Of a DNA stretch of 64,000 nucleotides, positions 40,801 to 50,445 are shown one piece after another. Source of the stretch: Arenimonas sp. (GTDB lineage: Bacteria; Pseudomonadota; Gammaproteobacteria; Xanthomonadales; Xanthomonadaceae); the NCBI RefSeq assembly GCF_044348765.1, contig NZ_JBIKSE010000004.1, positions 2,981 to 66,980 of the forward strand, written 5' to 3'. Positions within the stretch are counted from its first letter, which is position 1. Each line of letters begins with the position of its first letter. A program made the translations under genes and the position numbers. The notes under the pieces are model-generated. The model made no database searches. It saw only the letters and a list, made by a program, of their open reading frames with translations, and was not told the DNA's origin.

Positions 40801-41394
40801 TCAGGCCGGCTTGCGCGCCTGCCGTTCCGAGCGGCTGCGCGCGTCACGGGCGATTTTGCGGATGCGTAGGTTTTCCAACAGCCGTTCGCCTGTTTGCTGA
40901 GGCACACTGGTCTCGCCGGCCAGCTCGCGCGCCATCGGCGATAGCAGCTGCAGGGCCTGAACATACACTTCGCGTTTGAAGTGCACCACGTTCTCGCCCG
41001 GATACCAGAAATCAACCCAGCGCCAGGCATCGAACTCCGGCGTATCGGTCATATCCAGGCGGAGTTCCGATTCATCGGCATTGAGCTTGAGCAGGAACCA
41101 GACCTGTTTCTGGCCGATACAGACCGGCTTGGTATGGTTGCGGATGCTGCGCCGCGGCAACCGGTAACGTAGCCAGCCGGGAGTGGCGCCGAGCACGTCG
41201 ACGTGATGCGACTGCAAACCGATTTCTTCTCCCAGCTCACGGTACATGGCTTCCAGTGGGGTTTCATCGGTGTTCATCCCGCCCTGCGGAAACTGCCAAC
41301 CATCCCGGTTGACCCTGCGGGCCCAGAACACCATACCGTCGGCACGCATCAGGATGATGCCGACATTGGGGCGGTAACCGTCCGGATCTATCAC
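40801..41394 (-). CDS. rppH: RNA pyrophosphohydrolase
   Basis: [22 protein letters not shown]...[39 protein letters not shown]. Confidence 0.97.
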   Translation of the reverse strand: MIDPDGYRPNVGIILMRADGMVFWARRVNRDGWQFPQGGMNTDETPLEAMYRELGEEIGLQSHHVDVLGATPGWLRYRLPRRSIRNHTKPVCIGQKQVWFLLKLNADESELRLDMTDTPEFDAWRWVDFWYPGENVVHFKREVYVQALQLLSPMARELAGETSVPQQTGERLLENLRIRKIARDARSRSERQARKPA

Positions 41395-41488
41395 GGCCGG
41401 AACTCCAGAAAATTCTACTGCCTACAAGACTGCCACAGCGCGCGGTAATCCACAAGCGCAGCGCTTTGACCAGGGTTTAGGCAAATCA

Positions 41489-41517
41489 TTGACAGAACTG
41501 GCGAAAACCGCGAAAAT
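41489..41517 (+). promoter_or_regulatory. Sigma70 promoter of tRNA-Met
   Basis: TTGACA (41489-41494), 17 nt, GAAAAT (41512-41517), then a GC-rich discriminator. Confidence 0.75.
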
Positions 41518-41536
41518 AGCGCCCTTGTCACGTTTC

Positions 41537-41613
41537 GGCTATGTAGCTCAGCCGGTTAGAGCACAGCACTCATAATGCTGGGGTCGGTGGTTCGAGTCCA
41601 CCCATAGCCACCA
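41537..41613 (+). tRNA. tRNA-Met (CAT), elongator type
   Basis: 77 nt: GGCTATG/CATAGCC acceptor stem, TAGCTCAG D-arm, CAGCA-CTCATAA-TGCTG anticodon arm, GTTCGAGTC T-loop, encoded CCA. Resembles elongator Met rather than fMet or Ile2. Confidence 0.96.
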
Positions 41614-41646
41614 AACAAAAACCCGCCTTTCGGCGGGTTTTTTGTT
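41614..41646. terminator. Bidirectional terminator between tRNA-Met and the convergent DUF3016 gene
   Basis: AACAAAAACCCGCC-TTTC-GGCGGGTTTTTTGTT. Confidence 0.88.
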
Positions 41647-42157
41647 ACTGCCCTTTCGGCAGTAACGTTTTGGTGAACCATTCCCGGAGCATTCGGGTTT
41701 CATAATAGAACGACGTGTTAGTGGTGCTGCTCCGCGGGCCGGACAGATAGGACATATCCTTCAACTCCACGTCCTTCTGTTCGGAAACCACCGCGCCGGC
41801 TGCATCCAACACACGGTAGTCGAATTGCAGGCGCGGGAAATAGACGTCCTTCAAGAGGCGCAGCTGGTAGCCGCCCGGAACCTCGACTGGATCGACCTCA
41901 CCGGCCAGATCGATATCGGTGAAGTTCAGCTCCAGAGTCTGCCCGGCCGGCAGGGTCTTGGCCGATTTGGCCAGCTCTTGGGTGAATGCCCGCTCAAGGC
42001 CCTTGCGGAAGCTCTTATCGGTGCCGTTGCCCGGCTCGATATCGGTGAATTTATCGGGATTCTGCAGGCTCATGCGGGCTTCGCCGGCCACTGCGGTGGC
42101 CGGAACCGCCAACACCAGGGCCAAAACAGCGGCTTGTAGCGCAATCGGGGTTTTCAT
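41645..42157 (-). CDS. DUF3016-like exported protein
   Basis: Signal peptide, NPDKFTDI, LPAGQTL...TDIDLAG.V, RLLKDVYFPR....Y, L.DM.YL, YETRML.EWF. Confidence 0.8.
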   Translation of the reverse strand: MKTPIALQAAVLALVLAVPATAVAGEARMSLQNPDKFTDIEPGNGTDKSFRKGLERAFTQELAKSAKTLPAGQTLELNFTDIDLAGEVDPVEVPGGYQLRLLKDVYFPRLQFDYRVLDAAGAVVSEQKDVELKDMSYLSGPRSSTTNTSFYYETRMLREWFTKTLLPKGQ

Positions 42158-42439
42158 GGGTTTTCCCTCCGGAATCAGTCCAGTACCCCCAATTCTACGT
42201 CCGAATCGCCGGCGCAGGGTGAAAAACTGTTCAGTTTCAGTGGTCAAAAAACACCCCGCTTCACCTGTCGTTCAGTAAAAAACCGTCAAAATACATCCAC
42301 TTATCGCAAGGGACGAGCTGCCGCTACCCCAAATTCCGGTGCCCGCCGCAGTCCGTGGCACCACCCGCCAGTACCAACCGGCTTCATTTGCCGGGTCTGG
42401 CTCCCCCCGTGAAAACCCAAAGACGTCAAGGAGCAAATC

Positions 42440-42811
42440 ATGATTGATTTACCCCCCGCAGAAGTGCGCTGCCTTGAAGCAGCCATCCACCACGAAGCTA
42501 AAGGCGAAAGCCTGGCCGGCAAGCTGGCCGTGGGTAATGTGGTGCTGAACCGCGTGGCCGCCCCGGCCTTCCCGAAAAGCGTGTGCGCCGTGGTCAAGCA
42601 GAAGAAGCAGTTCTCCTGGTACAAAGGCAACGATGCCACCCTGCATACCCCGGTGAGCCAGGAAACCAAACTGGCCGCCCGCAAAGCCATGGCCGCCGAA
42701 CGCGACAATGTGCTGTTCTTCCACGCCACCTATGTGGCCCCGAAGTGGTCGAACCGGCTCAGCCGGCGCTATACCATCGGCAACCACATCTTCTACGCGT
42801 TGAGTCACTGA
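42440..42811 (+). CDS. SleB/CwlJ-type cell wall hydrolase (Hydrolase_2 domain only)
   Basis: CL..AI.HEAKGES..GK.AVG.VVLNRV....FPKSVC.VV.Q..QFSW, LFFHATYV.P.W, IGNHIFY; strong AAGGAG RBS. Confidence 0.9.
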   Translation: MIDLPPAEVRCLEAAIHHEAKGESLAGKLAVGNVVLNRVAAPAFPKSVCAVVKQKKQFSWYKGNDATLHTPVSQETKLAARKAMAAERDNVLFFHATYVAPKWSNRLSRRYTIGNHIFYALSH

Positions 42812-42814
42812 TCG

Positions 42815-42842
42815 AAAAAACCCCGCTTCGGCGGGGTTTTTT
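42815..42842. terminator. Bidirectional terminator between the hydrolase and mobA
   Basis: AAAAAACCCCGC-TTCG-GCGGGGTTTTTT. Confidence 0.9.
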
Positions 42843-43386
42843 ATGGCGCGGCCAAGGCCCGGCGGAACGCGGCCCAGTCTTCCGGCGTGTTGAGGTTGGC
42901 CTGCTCATGGGTCGGCAGGGCCGGCAAGGCGCGGCTGTGCAGGCGCGCATGCAGCTGGTGGATGGCCAATTCGCGTGGCGCGGCGGCCAGCATGGCGGCA
43001 ATGGCGGTCGCCAAAGCGTCGGTATCCGGAAACCAGGCCGGCAAGGGCGAGTCGCCATAAAACGCGGGTGTGGTCTGCTGGCGTAGCACCTGCAGGCGTT
43101 CGGGGCGCAGGCCGGGCATGTCCACAGGCAGCGCCCACAGCGCGGCATTCGGGAATCGCAGCACGGCCGCATGCAAGCCGGCCAACGGGCCCAAGCCGGG
43201 CAGTAAATCGGGCACGGCGTCATGTTCGGGGTAATCGCCGCTGACCACGATCCGATCGCAACAGTCCGCCAAGCGCGCCACTTGCCAGGCCAGCAGATCG
43301 CCCTGCGCCAAGGGCAACCGGGCTTTGTCTTCGCCCATGCGCTTTGAGCGGCCGCCGGCCAGAATCAGGCCGATGCAGGGGCGCAT
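42841..43386 (-). CDS. mobA: Molybdenum cofactor guanylyltransferase
   Basis: GLILAGGRSKRMGEDKA.L, GPLAGL, PVDMP, NLNTPED. Confidence 0.92.
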   Translation of the reverse strand: MRPCIGLILAGGRSKRMGEDKARLPLAQGDLLAWQVARLADCCDRIVVSGDYPEHDAVPDLLPGLGPLAGLHAAVLRFPNAALWALPVDMPGLRPERLQVLRQQTTPAFYGDSPLPAWFPDTDALATAIAAMLAAAPRELAIHQLHARLHSRALPALPTHEQANLNTPEDWAAFRRALAAP

Positions 43387-44615
43387 GGCCATTCCGACTG
43401 CGCCGGTTGCAGCGGGTAACAATCCAACACGCGGCCGGCTTCAAGCGTGGTGTCGCTTTCCGGCAGAACGGCCCAGGCATTGGCCAGAGCGAAAGGTTGA
43501 ATGCGGAACGATTCCTGCCCGACCAAGACCCGTAGCTGCAGCTGGGCGTCATCCGACACCGCCAGCGCGGCTTTCTGGATCAGGGTCCAGCCCGGTTTTT
43601 TGCGCACCGGCGCCTGCAACACGGCGCGCAGCGGCAGTTCCGGCGGTAGGCCCTGCATCTGGCGCAGCACGGCCTGCACGAAAAAGCGTGCGCCCACCGC
43701 GCACGACATCGGATTGCCCGGCAAGCCAAACAGCAGAGCGCCCGAGGGCAACACCGCGAACAGAGTCGGTTTGCCCGGCCGCATCTGCAACTTATGGAAT
43801 ACCACCTCGGCGCCGAGCGCACGCAGGGCTTCCGGCACGAAATCGTGCACGCCCATCGACACCGCACCGGTGCTGAGGATGATCCGGGAGCCGGCGCGTT
43901 CGGCCTCGCGTACGGCATCAACATAAGCCTTCGCGGAATCGGGAACGCTGCGGTACAGCGCAATGGCCGCACCCATCATCGACAATGCCGCGCACAGATA
44001 GGGACCGTTGCTGTTGCGGATGAAGCCGTCGACCAATGGCGCGCCGGCCTCCACCAGTTCGGAACCGGTGCACAGCACGGCCACGGCCACCGACGCACGC
44101 ACGTTGACCTGAGTGATGCCGAGCGCGGCGAGCAGCATCCGGTGTTGTGGCAGCAGGCGCGTGCCTGCGGAAAATATACAGCTTCCGGCGCACACATCTT
44201 CACCGGCACGGCGGATATGCATGCCGGCGTTGGCGGGCGTGTTCAACACGAAGGTCTGTGTGCCATCGGCAGCGATGTGCACCGTGGCTTCTTCCACCGG
44301 TACTACCGTGGCAGTGCCGTCAGGCACCATGGCGCCGGTCATGATTCGGCAGGCGGCAGCGCCCAGCGTTAAGCGCGCATCCCCGGCGGCCTGCACACCA
44401 TGCAAGGCAATTGGCGCGCCCAGCGGCAGTGCCAGATGCGCGGCGCTCAGCGCGAAGCCGTCCATGGCGGCGTTGTCGAAGCCCGGCAGGGAATCGGTGG
44501 CGATGAGGTCTTCGGCTAGCACATGGCCGAGCGCGGCATCAGCCGCAAGCATCACATCGGGTTGCGGGGTGGCGCGTTGGCGCACGGCCATAAGGGCCTG
44601 CTCGAAGGAAATCAC
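43365..44615 (-). CDS. moeA: Molybdopterin molybdotransferase
   Basis: LPGFDNAAMDGFAL, RIMTGA.VP.G, TGSELV, SNGPYL, TGAVSMG..D, KPGKP-like RPGKP, GLPGNP.S; GTG start chosen. Confidence 0.93.
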   Translation of the reverse strand: MISFEQALMAVRQRATPQPDVMLAADAALGHVLAEDLIATDSLPGFDNAAMDGFALSAAHLALPLGAPIALHGVQAAGDARLTLGAAACRIMTGAMVPDGTATVVPVEEATVHIAADGTQTFVLNTPANAGMHIRRAGEDVCAGSCIFSAGTRLLPQHRMLLAALGITQVNVRASVAVAVLCTGSELVEAGAPLVDGFIRNSNGPYLCAALSMMGAAIALYRSVPDSAKAYVDAVREAERAGSRIILSTGAVSMGVHDFVPEALRALGAEVVFHKLQMRPGKPTLFAVLPSGALLFGLPGNPMSCAVGARFFVQAVLRQMQGLPPELPLRAVLQAPVRKKPGWTLIQKAALAVSDDAQLQLRVLVGQESFRIQPFALANAWAVLPESDTTLEAGRVLDCYPLQPAQSEWPCAPASA

Positions 44616-44687
44616 GGGGCTCCGGCACAAAGGGGCATCAGGGGCTTTAATGCTATGCTATCGGCGGTCATTTGAGCAGTCCGCCGC

Positions 44688-45044
44688 ATGGAAATCTACA
44701 AGAAATTCCACATTGAAGCCGCCCATCGTCTGCCGAACGTACCGGACGGTCACAAGTGCGCGCGCCTGCACGGCCATTCCTTTCTGGTGGAACTGTTCGT
44801 GACCGGCACCCCGGGCAAACACACCGGCTGGATCATGGATTTCACCGACATCAAATCGGCCTTCCAGCCGATTTATGCGCGACTCGACCATCACTATCTG
44901 AATGATATTCCTGGTCTGGAAAACCCGACCAGCGAGAATCTGGCGCGCTGGATCTGGAACGAACTGAAACCAGCGCTGCCGCCACTGAGCGAAGTGTGGG
45001 TGCATGAAACCTGCACCTCAGGCTGCCGTTACCGCGGCGACTGA
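44688..45044 (+). CDS. queD: 6-carboxytetrahydropterin synthase
   Basis: [47 protein letters not shown]. Confidence 0.95.
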   Translation: MEIYKKFHIEAAHRLPNVPDGHKCARLHGHSFLVELFVTGTPGKHTGWIMDFTDIKSAFQPIYARLDHHYLNDIPGLENPTSENLARWIWNELKPALPPLSEVWVHETCTSGCRYRGD

Positions 45045-45045
45045 T

Positions 45046-48000
45046 TCAGCTTGCCGCCGGCCGGTGATCGCGCGCCAGCAGCAAATACGCCACCGGCACC
45101 ACCAGTAGGGTGAACACGGTGCCTATACTCAGACCGCCGACGATGACCCAGCCAATCTGGTGACGCGCTTCTGCACCGGCACCCGAGGCCAGCGCCAAGG
45201 GCACTGCACCCAGCACCATGGCACCGGTAGTCATCAGAATCGGGCGCAGACGCAGCGTGGCGGAATCCACCACCGCTTCCAGTTTGCTCTTGCCTTGCTC
45301 TTGCAGTTGATTGGCGAACTCGACAATCATGATGCCATGCTTGGAAATCAAGCCGATTAGGGTGACTACACCAATCTGCGTGTAGATATTCCAAGAACCG
45401 GTGGCGTTCCACAGACCCAGACCGGCACCGGCATTGAGCAGCACCAGACATAGGAACGCACCGAACACCGCCAGCGGCACCGAGACCAGAATCACGAACG
45501 GATCGATGAAGCTCTCGAACTGCGCGGCCAGCACCAGGTAAATGAATACCAGCGCCAACAGCAGCATGGCCGCAGTGCTGGATCCGGACTCGCGATACTC
45601 GCGCGATTGGCCGTTCAGATCATATTGCGAACCGGGCGCCACCTGTTGCAGAGCGTTTTCCATCCAACTCAGGGCTTCGCCCTGGGAATAGCCGGGTGCC
45701 AAGCCGGCGCTGATCACCGCTGCACGCATTTTGTTGAAGTGGTTGAGTTCCTTGGCTGCCACGGTTTCCGACACGGTGGCTAGATTGCTCATCTGCACCA
45801 GGCCGTCGCTGCCGCGCACGTAGATGTTGGCCAGCGCTTCCGGGGTGCGGCGCAGGCCGTCATCAATCTGTACGATCACATCGTACTGTTCAGAGCCCTT
45901 CTTGAAGCGGGTCACGTTGCGACCACCGAGCATGGTTTCCAGGGTGCGGCCGACCGTACCGACATCGGTGCCGACCGACGCAATCTTGTCGCGGTTCATC
46001 AGCACACGCAGCTCGGGTTTGTTCAATTTCAGATCGGAGTCCGGATTGGTCAGCTGCGGATTTTCCTGCATCTTGGTCAGCAGTTTCTTGACCGTGCCAT
46101 CCAGCTCTTCCCAAGTACCGGTGGTCTGCACGACGAAACTGACCGGCTGACCGAAATCATTCTGGCCGAGCGGCGGCGGTGTGACCGGAAACGCCATCAG
46201 GCCGGTAATGCCCATGAACTGGGGGAACAGGCTGCCGGCGATCTGCTGTGCGGTGCGCGCGCGTTCGTCCCAGTCCTTCAGGCCGACGAAACCGATGGCG
46301 GAAGTGACTTCGCCAAAACCAACAATGACGAACGAACGGTCGCGCTCGACCACATTTTCGAACACTTTTTCCATCTGCTTGGCGTAGCCGTCCGTGTAGT
46401 CGATGGTGGCGCCTTCGGGCGCGTTGGCGAAACCGATGATCAGTCCCTGGTCTTCCTGAGGTGCCAGTTCTTTCGGCAGCAACGTGAATAGCAGCGCGGC
46501 GCCGGCGAACACCACCGCGGCACCGAAGACCACCAGTTTACGTACCAACAGAACCCGCGCCAGCACGCGCCGGTAGCCGGCATCGAGCGATGCCAGCATG
46601 CGCTCGCCCCACAGATAGAATCGGCCGTGCTCGGTTTCGCGGCGCAGCAGTTTCGAGCACATCATCGGCGACAGGGTCAGCGCGGTGAAACCCGATACTA
46701 ACACGGCGCCGGCCAGAGTCAGGGTGAATTCGACGAACAGCTTACCGGTGCGTCCGGTTGAGAACGCGAAAGGCAGATAGACCGCAGCCAGGGTCAGTGT
46801 CATGGCGATGATGGCGAAGCCGATTTCTTTGCTGCCTTTAAACGCCGCCTGCAAGGGTGGCATGCCTTCTTCGATATGCCGGTAGATGTTTTCGAGCATG
46901 ACGATGGCATCGTCCACCACCAGACCAATGGCCAGCACCATGGCCAGCAAGCTGAGGATGTTGATGGAAAAGCCGAGCATATACATGATGGCGAACGCGC
47001 CGATCAGCGAGACCGGAATGGTCACGATCGGAATCAGCACCGCGCGCCAGTTGCGCAGAAACAGGAAGATCACCAGCACCACCAGCAGCATGGCCTCGAG
47101 CACGGTGACGTACACTTCGCTGATCGATTTTTCGATGAAGATGGTGGAGTCGTAGGCGACTTCCACTTTCATGCCGGCCGGCAGCGCGCGGGTGATCTGC
47201 GGCAGCATCGTCTTGATGGCCTTGGAAATTTCCAGCGGATTGGCCACGGCCTGCTTGACGATGCCGAGCGGAATCGCGTTGGTGCCGTTGAAGCGGGCCC
47301 GGAAGCGTGCCGAATCGGCGCCGAGCTCGACCCGGGCGACATCGCCCAGACGCACCAGATAGCCGTTGCTGTTGCCGAGGATGATCTGCGCGAACTGCTC
47401 CGGCGTTTTCAGGTCGGTTTCCGACAGCACGGTGAACTCACGTTGCAGGCCTTCGACGCGACCGGCCGGAATTTCCACGTTCTGCGCGCGCAAGGCCGAC
47501 TCGACATCGGACGGCGCCATACCGTAACCGGCCAAACGTTCGGGATTCAGCCAGACACGCATGGCGTAGCGGCTGCCGTAAACCTGCGCCTGGGCCACGC
47601 CGGGAATGGTCTGCACCCGATCCTTGACGATGCGGTTGGCGTAATCGGCGATTTCCACCAGCGAGTGGCGGTCGGAGGAAAAGGCCAGATAGATAATCGG
47701 CTGGGCATCGGCTTCCTGCTTCTGCACGATTGAATCGCTGGCTTCTTCCGGCAGCGAGCCGCGGGCCTGGGCCACGCGATCACGCACATCGGAGGCGGCG
47801 GCATCGGCGTCGCGGTCGAGCTTGAAGCGTACGGTGACCTGCGAGGATTCGGCGCGTGACACCGACTGGATGTAATCGATGCCTTCAATGCCGGACAGGG
47901 TATCTTCAATCGGCTTGGTGATCTGCGACTCGATGACCTGCGCATTGGCGCCCGGATACCCGGTGGCCACGGTCACCACCGGTACGTCCACATTCGGCAG

Positions 48001-48108
48001 CTGGCGCACGGCCAAGCGGTCGTAGCAGATCACGCCGATCAGCACGATGACCAGATTGACCACAATGGCCAGCACCGGCCGGCGGATGGAAAGATCGGAG
48101 AGCACCAT
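45046..48108 (-). CDS. RND efflux permease subunit (second system)
   Basis: 1020 aa; SDLSIRRPVLA, PNVDVPVVTV...YPGA, IGLVVDDAIVMLENI, RLRPILMTT.AM.LG..PL. Confidence 0.93.
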   Translation of the reverse strand: MVLSDLSIRRPVLAIVVNLVIVLIGVICYDRLAVRQLPNVDVPVVTVATGYPGANAQVIESQITKPIEDTLSGIEGIDYIQSVSRAESSQVTVRFKLDRDADAAASDVRDRVAQARGSLPEEASDSIVQKQEADAQPIIYLAFSSDRHSLVEIADYANRIVKDRVQTIPGVAQAQVYGSRYAMRVWLNPERLAGYGMAPSDVESALRAQNVEIPAGRVEGLQREFTVLSETDLKTPEQFAQIILGNSNGYLVRLGDVARVELGADSARFRARFNGTNAIPLGIVKQAVANPLEISKAIKTMLPQITRALPAGMKVEVAYDSTIFIEKSISEVYVTVLEAMLLVVLVIFLFLRNWRAVLIPIVTIPVSLIGAFAIMYMLGFSINILSLLAMVLAIGLVVDDAIVMLENIYRHIEEGMPPLQAAFKGSKEIGFAIIAMTLTLAAVYLPFAFSTGRTGKLFVEFTLTLAGAVLVSGFTALTLSPMMCSKLLRRETEHGRFYLWGERMLASLDAGYRRVLARVLLVRKLVVFGAAVVFAGAALLFTLLPKELAPQEDQGLIIGFANAPEGATIDYTDGYAKQMEKVFENVVERDRSFVIVGFGEVTSAIGFVGLKDWDERARTAQQIAGSLFPQFMGITGLMAFPVTPPPLGQNDFGQPVSFVVQTTGTWEELDGTVKKLLTKMQENPQLTNPDSDLKLNKPELRVLMNRDKIASVGTDVGTVGRTLETMLGGRNVTRFKKGSEQYDVIVQIDDGLRRTPEALANIYVRGSDGLVQMSNLATVSETVAAKELNHFNKMRAAVISAGLAPGYSQGEALSWMENALQQVAPGSQYDLNGQSREYRESGSSTAAMLLLALVFIYLVLAAQFESFIDPFVILVSVPLAVFGAFLCLVLLNAGAGLGLWNATGSWNIYTQIGVVTLIGLISKHGIMIVEFANQLQEQGKSKLEAVVDSATLRLRPILMTTGAMVLGAVPLALASGAGAEARHQIGWVIVGGLSIGTVFTLLVVPVAYLLLARDHRPAAS

Positions 48109-48123
48109 GGCGGTCGTTCCCGG

Positions 48124-49167
48124 TTATTTAGCAGCGGCGGGTTTGCCGGTCATCACCGGGGCGCCAGGGAACAGCTTCTGCTGTCCGGCGGTGATCACTT
48201 CGTCACCGACCGACAGACCGGCGGTGACCGCGACCCAGCCGGGTTCACGCAGTCCCAGAGTGACCGGCACCAGCTCGGCTTTGCCGGCCTTGATGCGATA
48301 CACCATCTTCTGATCACCGCTTGGCCAGATGGCCTGCTCGGGCACCATCAGCACCGGTTCCGCGGCGGCCAGCGCCACCTGCACCTGCGCGAACTGGCCG
48401 GGCTTGAGTTTCTTTTCGGCATTGGCCAGGCGTGCGCGCACGGCCACGCTGCGGCCGGACACCTGCACGCTTGGCGCAATCGCGCTGATGCTGCCGGTGA
48501 AGGATTCGCCCGGGAAAGCATCGGTCTGCACACTGACGCTTTGGCCGGCATTCAAACGTGCAGCCAAGGTTTCCGGAATCTGGAACTCCACTTCCAGCGG
48601 ATCCAAGCGCACCAATTCCACCAAGACCTGGCCGGCATTGACGTATTCGCCGACGCTGACCTGACGCAGACCGACTACACCTTCGAACGGTGCACGGATT
48701 TCGGTCTTGGCCAGACGCGCCTTGGCCGAGGCCAGTTTTGCGCTATTGATTTCAGAGATGGCCAAGGCCGCATCGGTATCGGATTTGGAAATGAGCTGTT
48801 TGGAAGCCAGCTCGATAATACGCGGTCGGTTGCGTTCGCTGGCACGCACGGAGGCCATGGCTTCGTTTACTTCGGCGCGCGCGATATCGCCATCGAGTGC
48901 GAACAACAGCGTGCCGGCAGCCACGGTCTGGCCTTCGGCGACCTGGATGCGCACCAGCTTGCCGGCCACTTCCGGACGCACGGTCACCGACTCCAGCGCG
49001 CGCAGACTGCCCACCGCCTCGATGTGATCGGACAGCGGCCGGGTCTCGACTTTGAAGGTTTCGACCATGGTCGGCGGCATGCCGCCGCCGGGCGGGCCGC
49101 CTTGCGGGGCATCTTTGCCGCAGGCGGACAGCAACAACGCCAACAGAATGGTCAGAATGACGCGCAT
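48124..49167 (-). CDS. RND periplasmic adaptor (second system)
   Basis: Lipobox LSAC, VRPEVAGKL, IRAPFEGVVG, LKPGQFA.V. Confidence 0.9.
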   Translation of the reverse strand: MRVILTILLALLLSACGKDAPQGGPPGGGMPPTMVETFKVETRPLSDHIEAVGSLRALESVTVRPEVAGKLVRIQVAEGQTVAAGTLLFALDGDIARAEVNEAMASVRASERNRPRIIELASKQLISKSDTDAALAISEINSAKLASAKARLAKTEIRAPFEGVVGLRQVSVGEYVNAGQVLVELVRLDPLEVEFQIPETLAARLNAGQSVSVQTDAFPGESFTGSISAIAPSVQVSGRSVAVRARLANAEKKLKPGQFAQVQVALAAAEPVLMVPEQAIWPSGDQKMVYRIKAGKAELVPVTLGLREPGWVAVTAGLSVGDEVITAGQQKLFPGAPVMTGKPAAAK

Positions 49168-49266
49168 GATGTTCTCCAGAATTCCCCGCCACAAGACCGC
49201 CATTATACGGCTTATGCGTCCTGTCTTATTGAAGCGGATTCGCCGCCACAGTGCATGGGTCGGAAG

Positions 49267-49926
49267 TCATGCGTTTTGGAACGGCAGGCGCCCGAGGCAA
49301 GGCGAGCGCATGCTGCGTTGCAGCGCTCCGAAATAGCGACCATCGCCATCGAAACCGGGTTCCACGGCATTGCCCAGCCAGCCGAGCAGACGGCAGCCGC
49401 TGGCGCGGATGCTGTGCTCGCTCAGGCGCGCATGATTGATGCATCCCAAGCGCAGGCCGACCACCAGGAGCACCGGAAGATCCAAAGCATGCACCAGATC
49501 GGATTGATCCAGATCATCGCTCAGCGGCGCCAGCCAGCCGCCGACGCCTTCCACCAGCACCATATCGGCCTGTGCGGCCAGCTGCCGGTAAGCGGAAGTA
49601 ATCACCGGCAAGGCGATGACCACGCCTTCCTCGGCCGCAGCCAGCTGCGGTGCGGTCGGGGTCGGTAAGGCATACGGATTGACCCACGCGTAATCGGTAT
49701 CGCTGCTGGCGGCGTCGATCAGCATCAGGGCGTCTTCGTTGCGCCAGTCGCCATCGATGCGCTCGCAACCGCTGGCCACCGGCTTCATGCCCTGCACGCG
49801 CCGGTCCGCAAGGCGCATGGCCCGCAACAATGCGGCACTGGCATGGGTTTTGCCGATACCGGTATCGGTACCGGTCACGAACATGCCGGTTTCCGGCAAT
49901 AGGAAGTTCACATCAAGGGTCTGCAT
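49267..49926 (-). CDS. bioD: Dethiobiotin synthase
   Basis: FVTGTDTGIGKT, MKPVASG, LVEGVGG, LRLGCINHA.L. Confidence 0.95.
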   Translation of the reverse strand: MQTLDVNFLLPETGMFVTGTDTGIGKTHASAALLRAMRLADRRVQGMKPVASGCERIDGDWRNEDALMLIDAASSDTDYAWVNPYALPTPTAPQLAAAEEGVVIALPVITSAYRQLAAQADMVLVEGVGGWLAPLSDDLDQSDLVHALDLPVLLVVGLRLGCINHARLSEHSIRASGCRLLGWLGNAVEPGFDGDGRYFGALQRSMRSPCLGRLPFQNA

Positions 49927-49957
49927 ATCGCCTAAAATACCGCAAAAGGAAACCACC

Positions 49958-50440
49958 ATGTTCACCGCCAGCCCGCTTTCCGGCAATAAAGCCGAACAAT
50001 ACGAACAACTAATCGCCCAGTGCCAAGCCCTGCTGCACGGCGAGCGTCACCGCGTGGCCAATGCCGCCAATCTGAGTGCACTGCTGTTCAATAACCTGTC
50101 GGAAGTGAACTGGCTCGGTTTTTATTTTCTCGAACAAGACGAACTGATTGTCGGTCCATTCCAGGGCCTGCCGGCCTGCGTGCGCATTGCGCTCGGCAAG
50201 GGCGTCTGCGGCGGCGCGGCACAGACCCGCGAAACCCTGCTGGTGCCGGATGTGCATGTCTTCCCGGGCCACATCGCCTGTGATTCGGCCTCGCAATCAG
50301 AAATCGTGGTGCCGCTCATCCAGAATGGCGTATTGATCGGCGTGCTGGACGTGGACAGCCCAGTGCTGAACCGCTTCGATGACACCGACAAGGCAGCGTT
50401 CGAAACCATCGCCGCGCTGTTCTGCGCCGGCAGCGACTAA
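49958..50440 (+). CDS. msrC: GAF-domain protein, free methionine-R-sulfoxide reductase type
   Basis: ANAANLSALL, NWLGFY, GPFQGLPACVRI..GKGVCG, HIACD.AS.SEIVVP, GVLDVDSP. Confidence 0.85.
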   Translation: MFTASPLSGNKAEQYEQLIAQCQALLHGERHRVANAANLSALLFNNLSEVNWLGFYFLEQDELIVGPFQGLPACVRIALGKGVCGGAAQTRETLLVPDVHVFPGHIACDSASQSEIVVPLIQNGVLIGVLDVDSPVLNRFDDTDKAAFETIAALFCAGSD

Positions 50441-50445
50441 GACGG

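Noticed and set aside
42338-42443. GTG-started 34-codon upstream ORF whose TGA overlaps the hydrolase ATG
   Set aside because: No Shine-Dalgarno, unremarkable composition, and such overlaps arise by chance; kept only as an alternative to the leader-RNA idea.
41537-42842. Genomic island or prophage integrated at tRNA-Met
   Set aside because: No integrase and no duplicated tRNA 3' end flanking the region; the only partial match I noticed (CCATAGCCACC near 22300) is inside the mgtE-like CDS and short enough to be chance.
44616-44687. PreQ1 or Moco riboswitch between moeA and queD
   Set aside because: The gap is about 70 bp shared by divergent genes and shows neither consensus.
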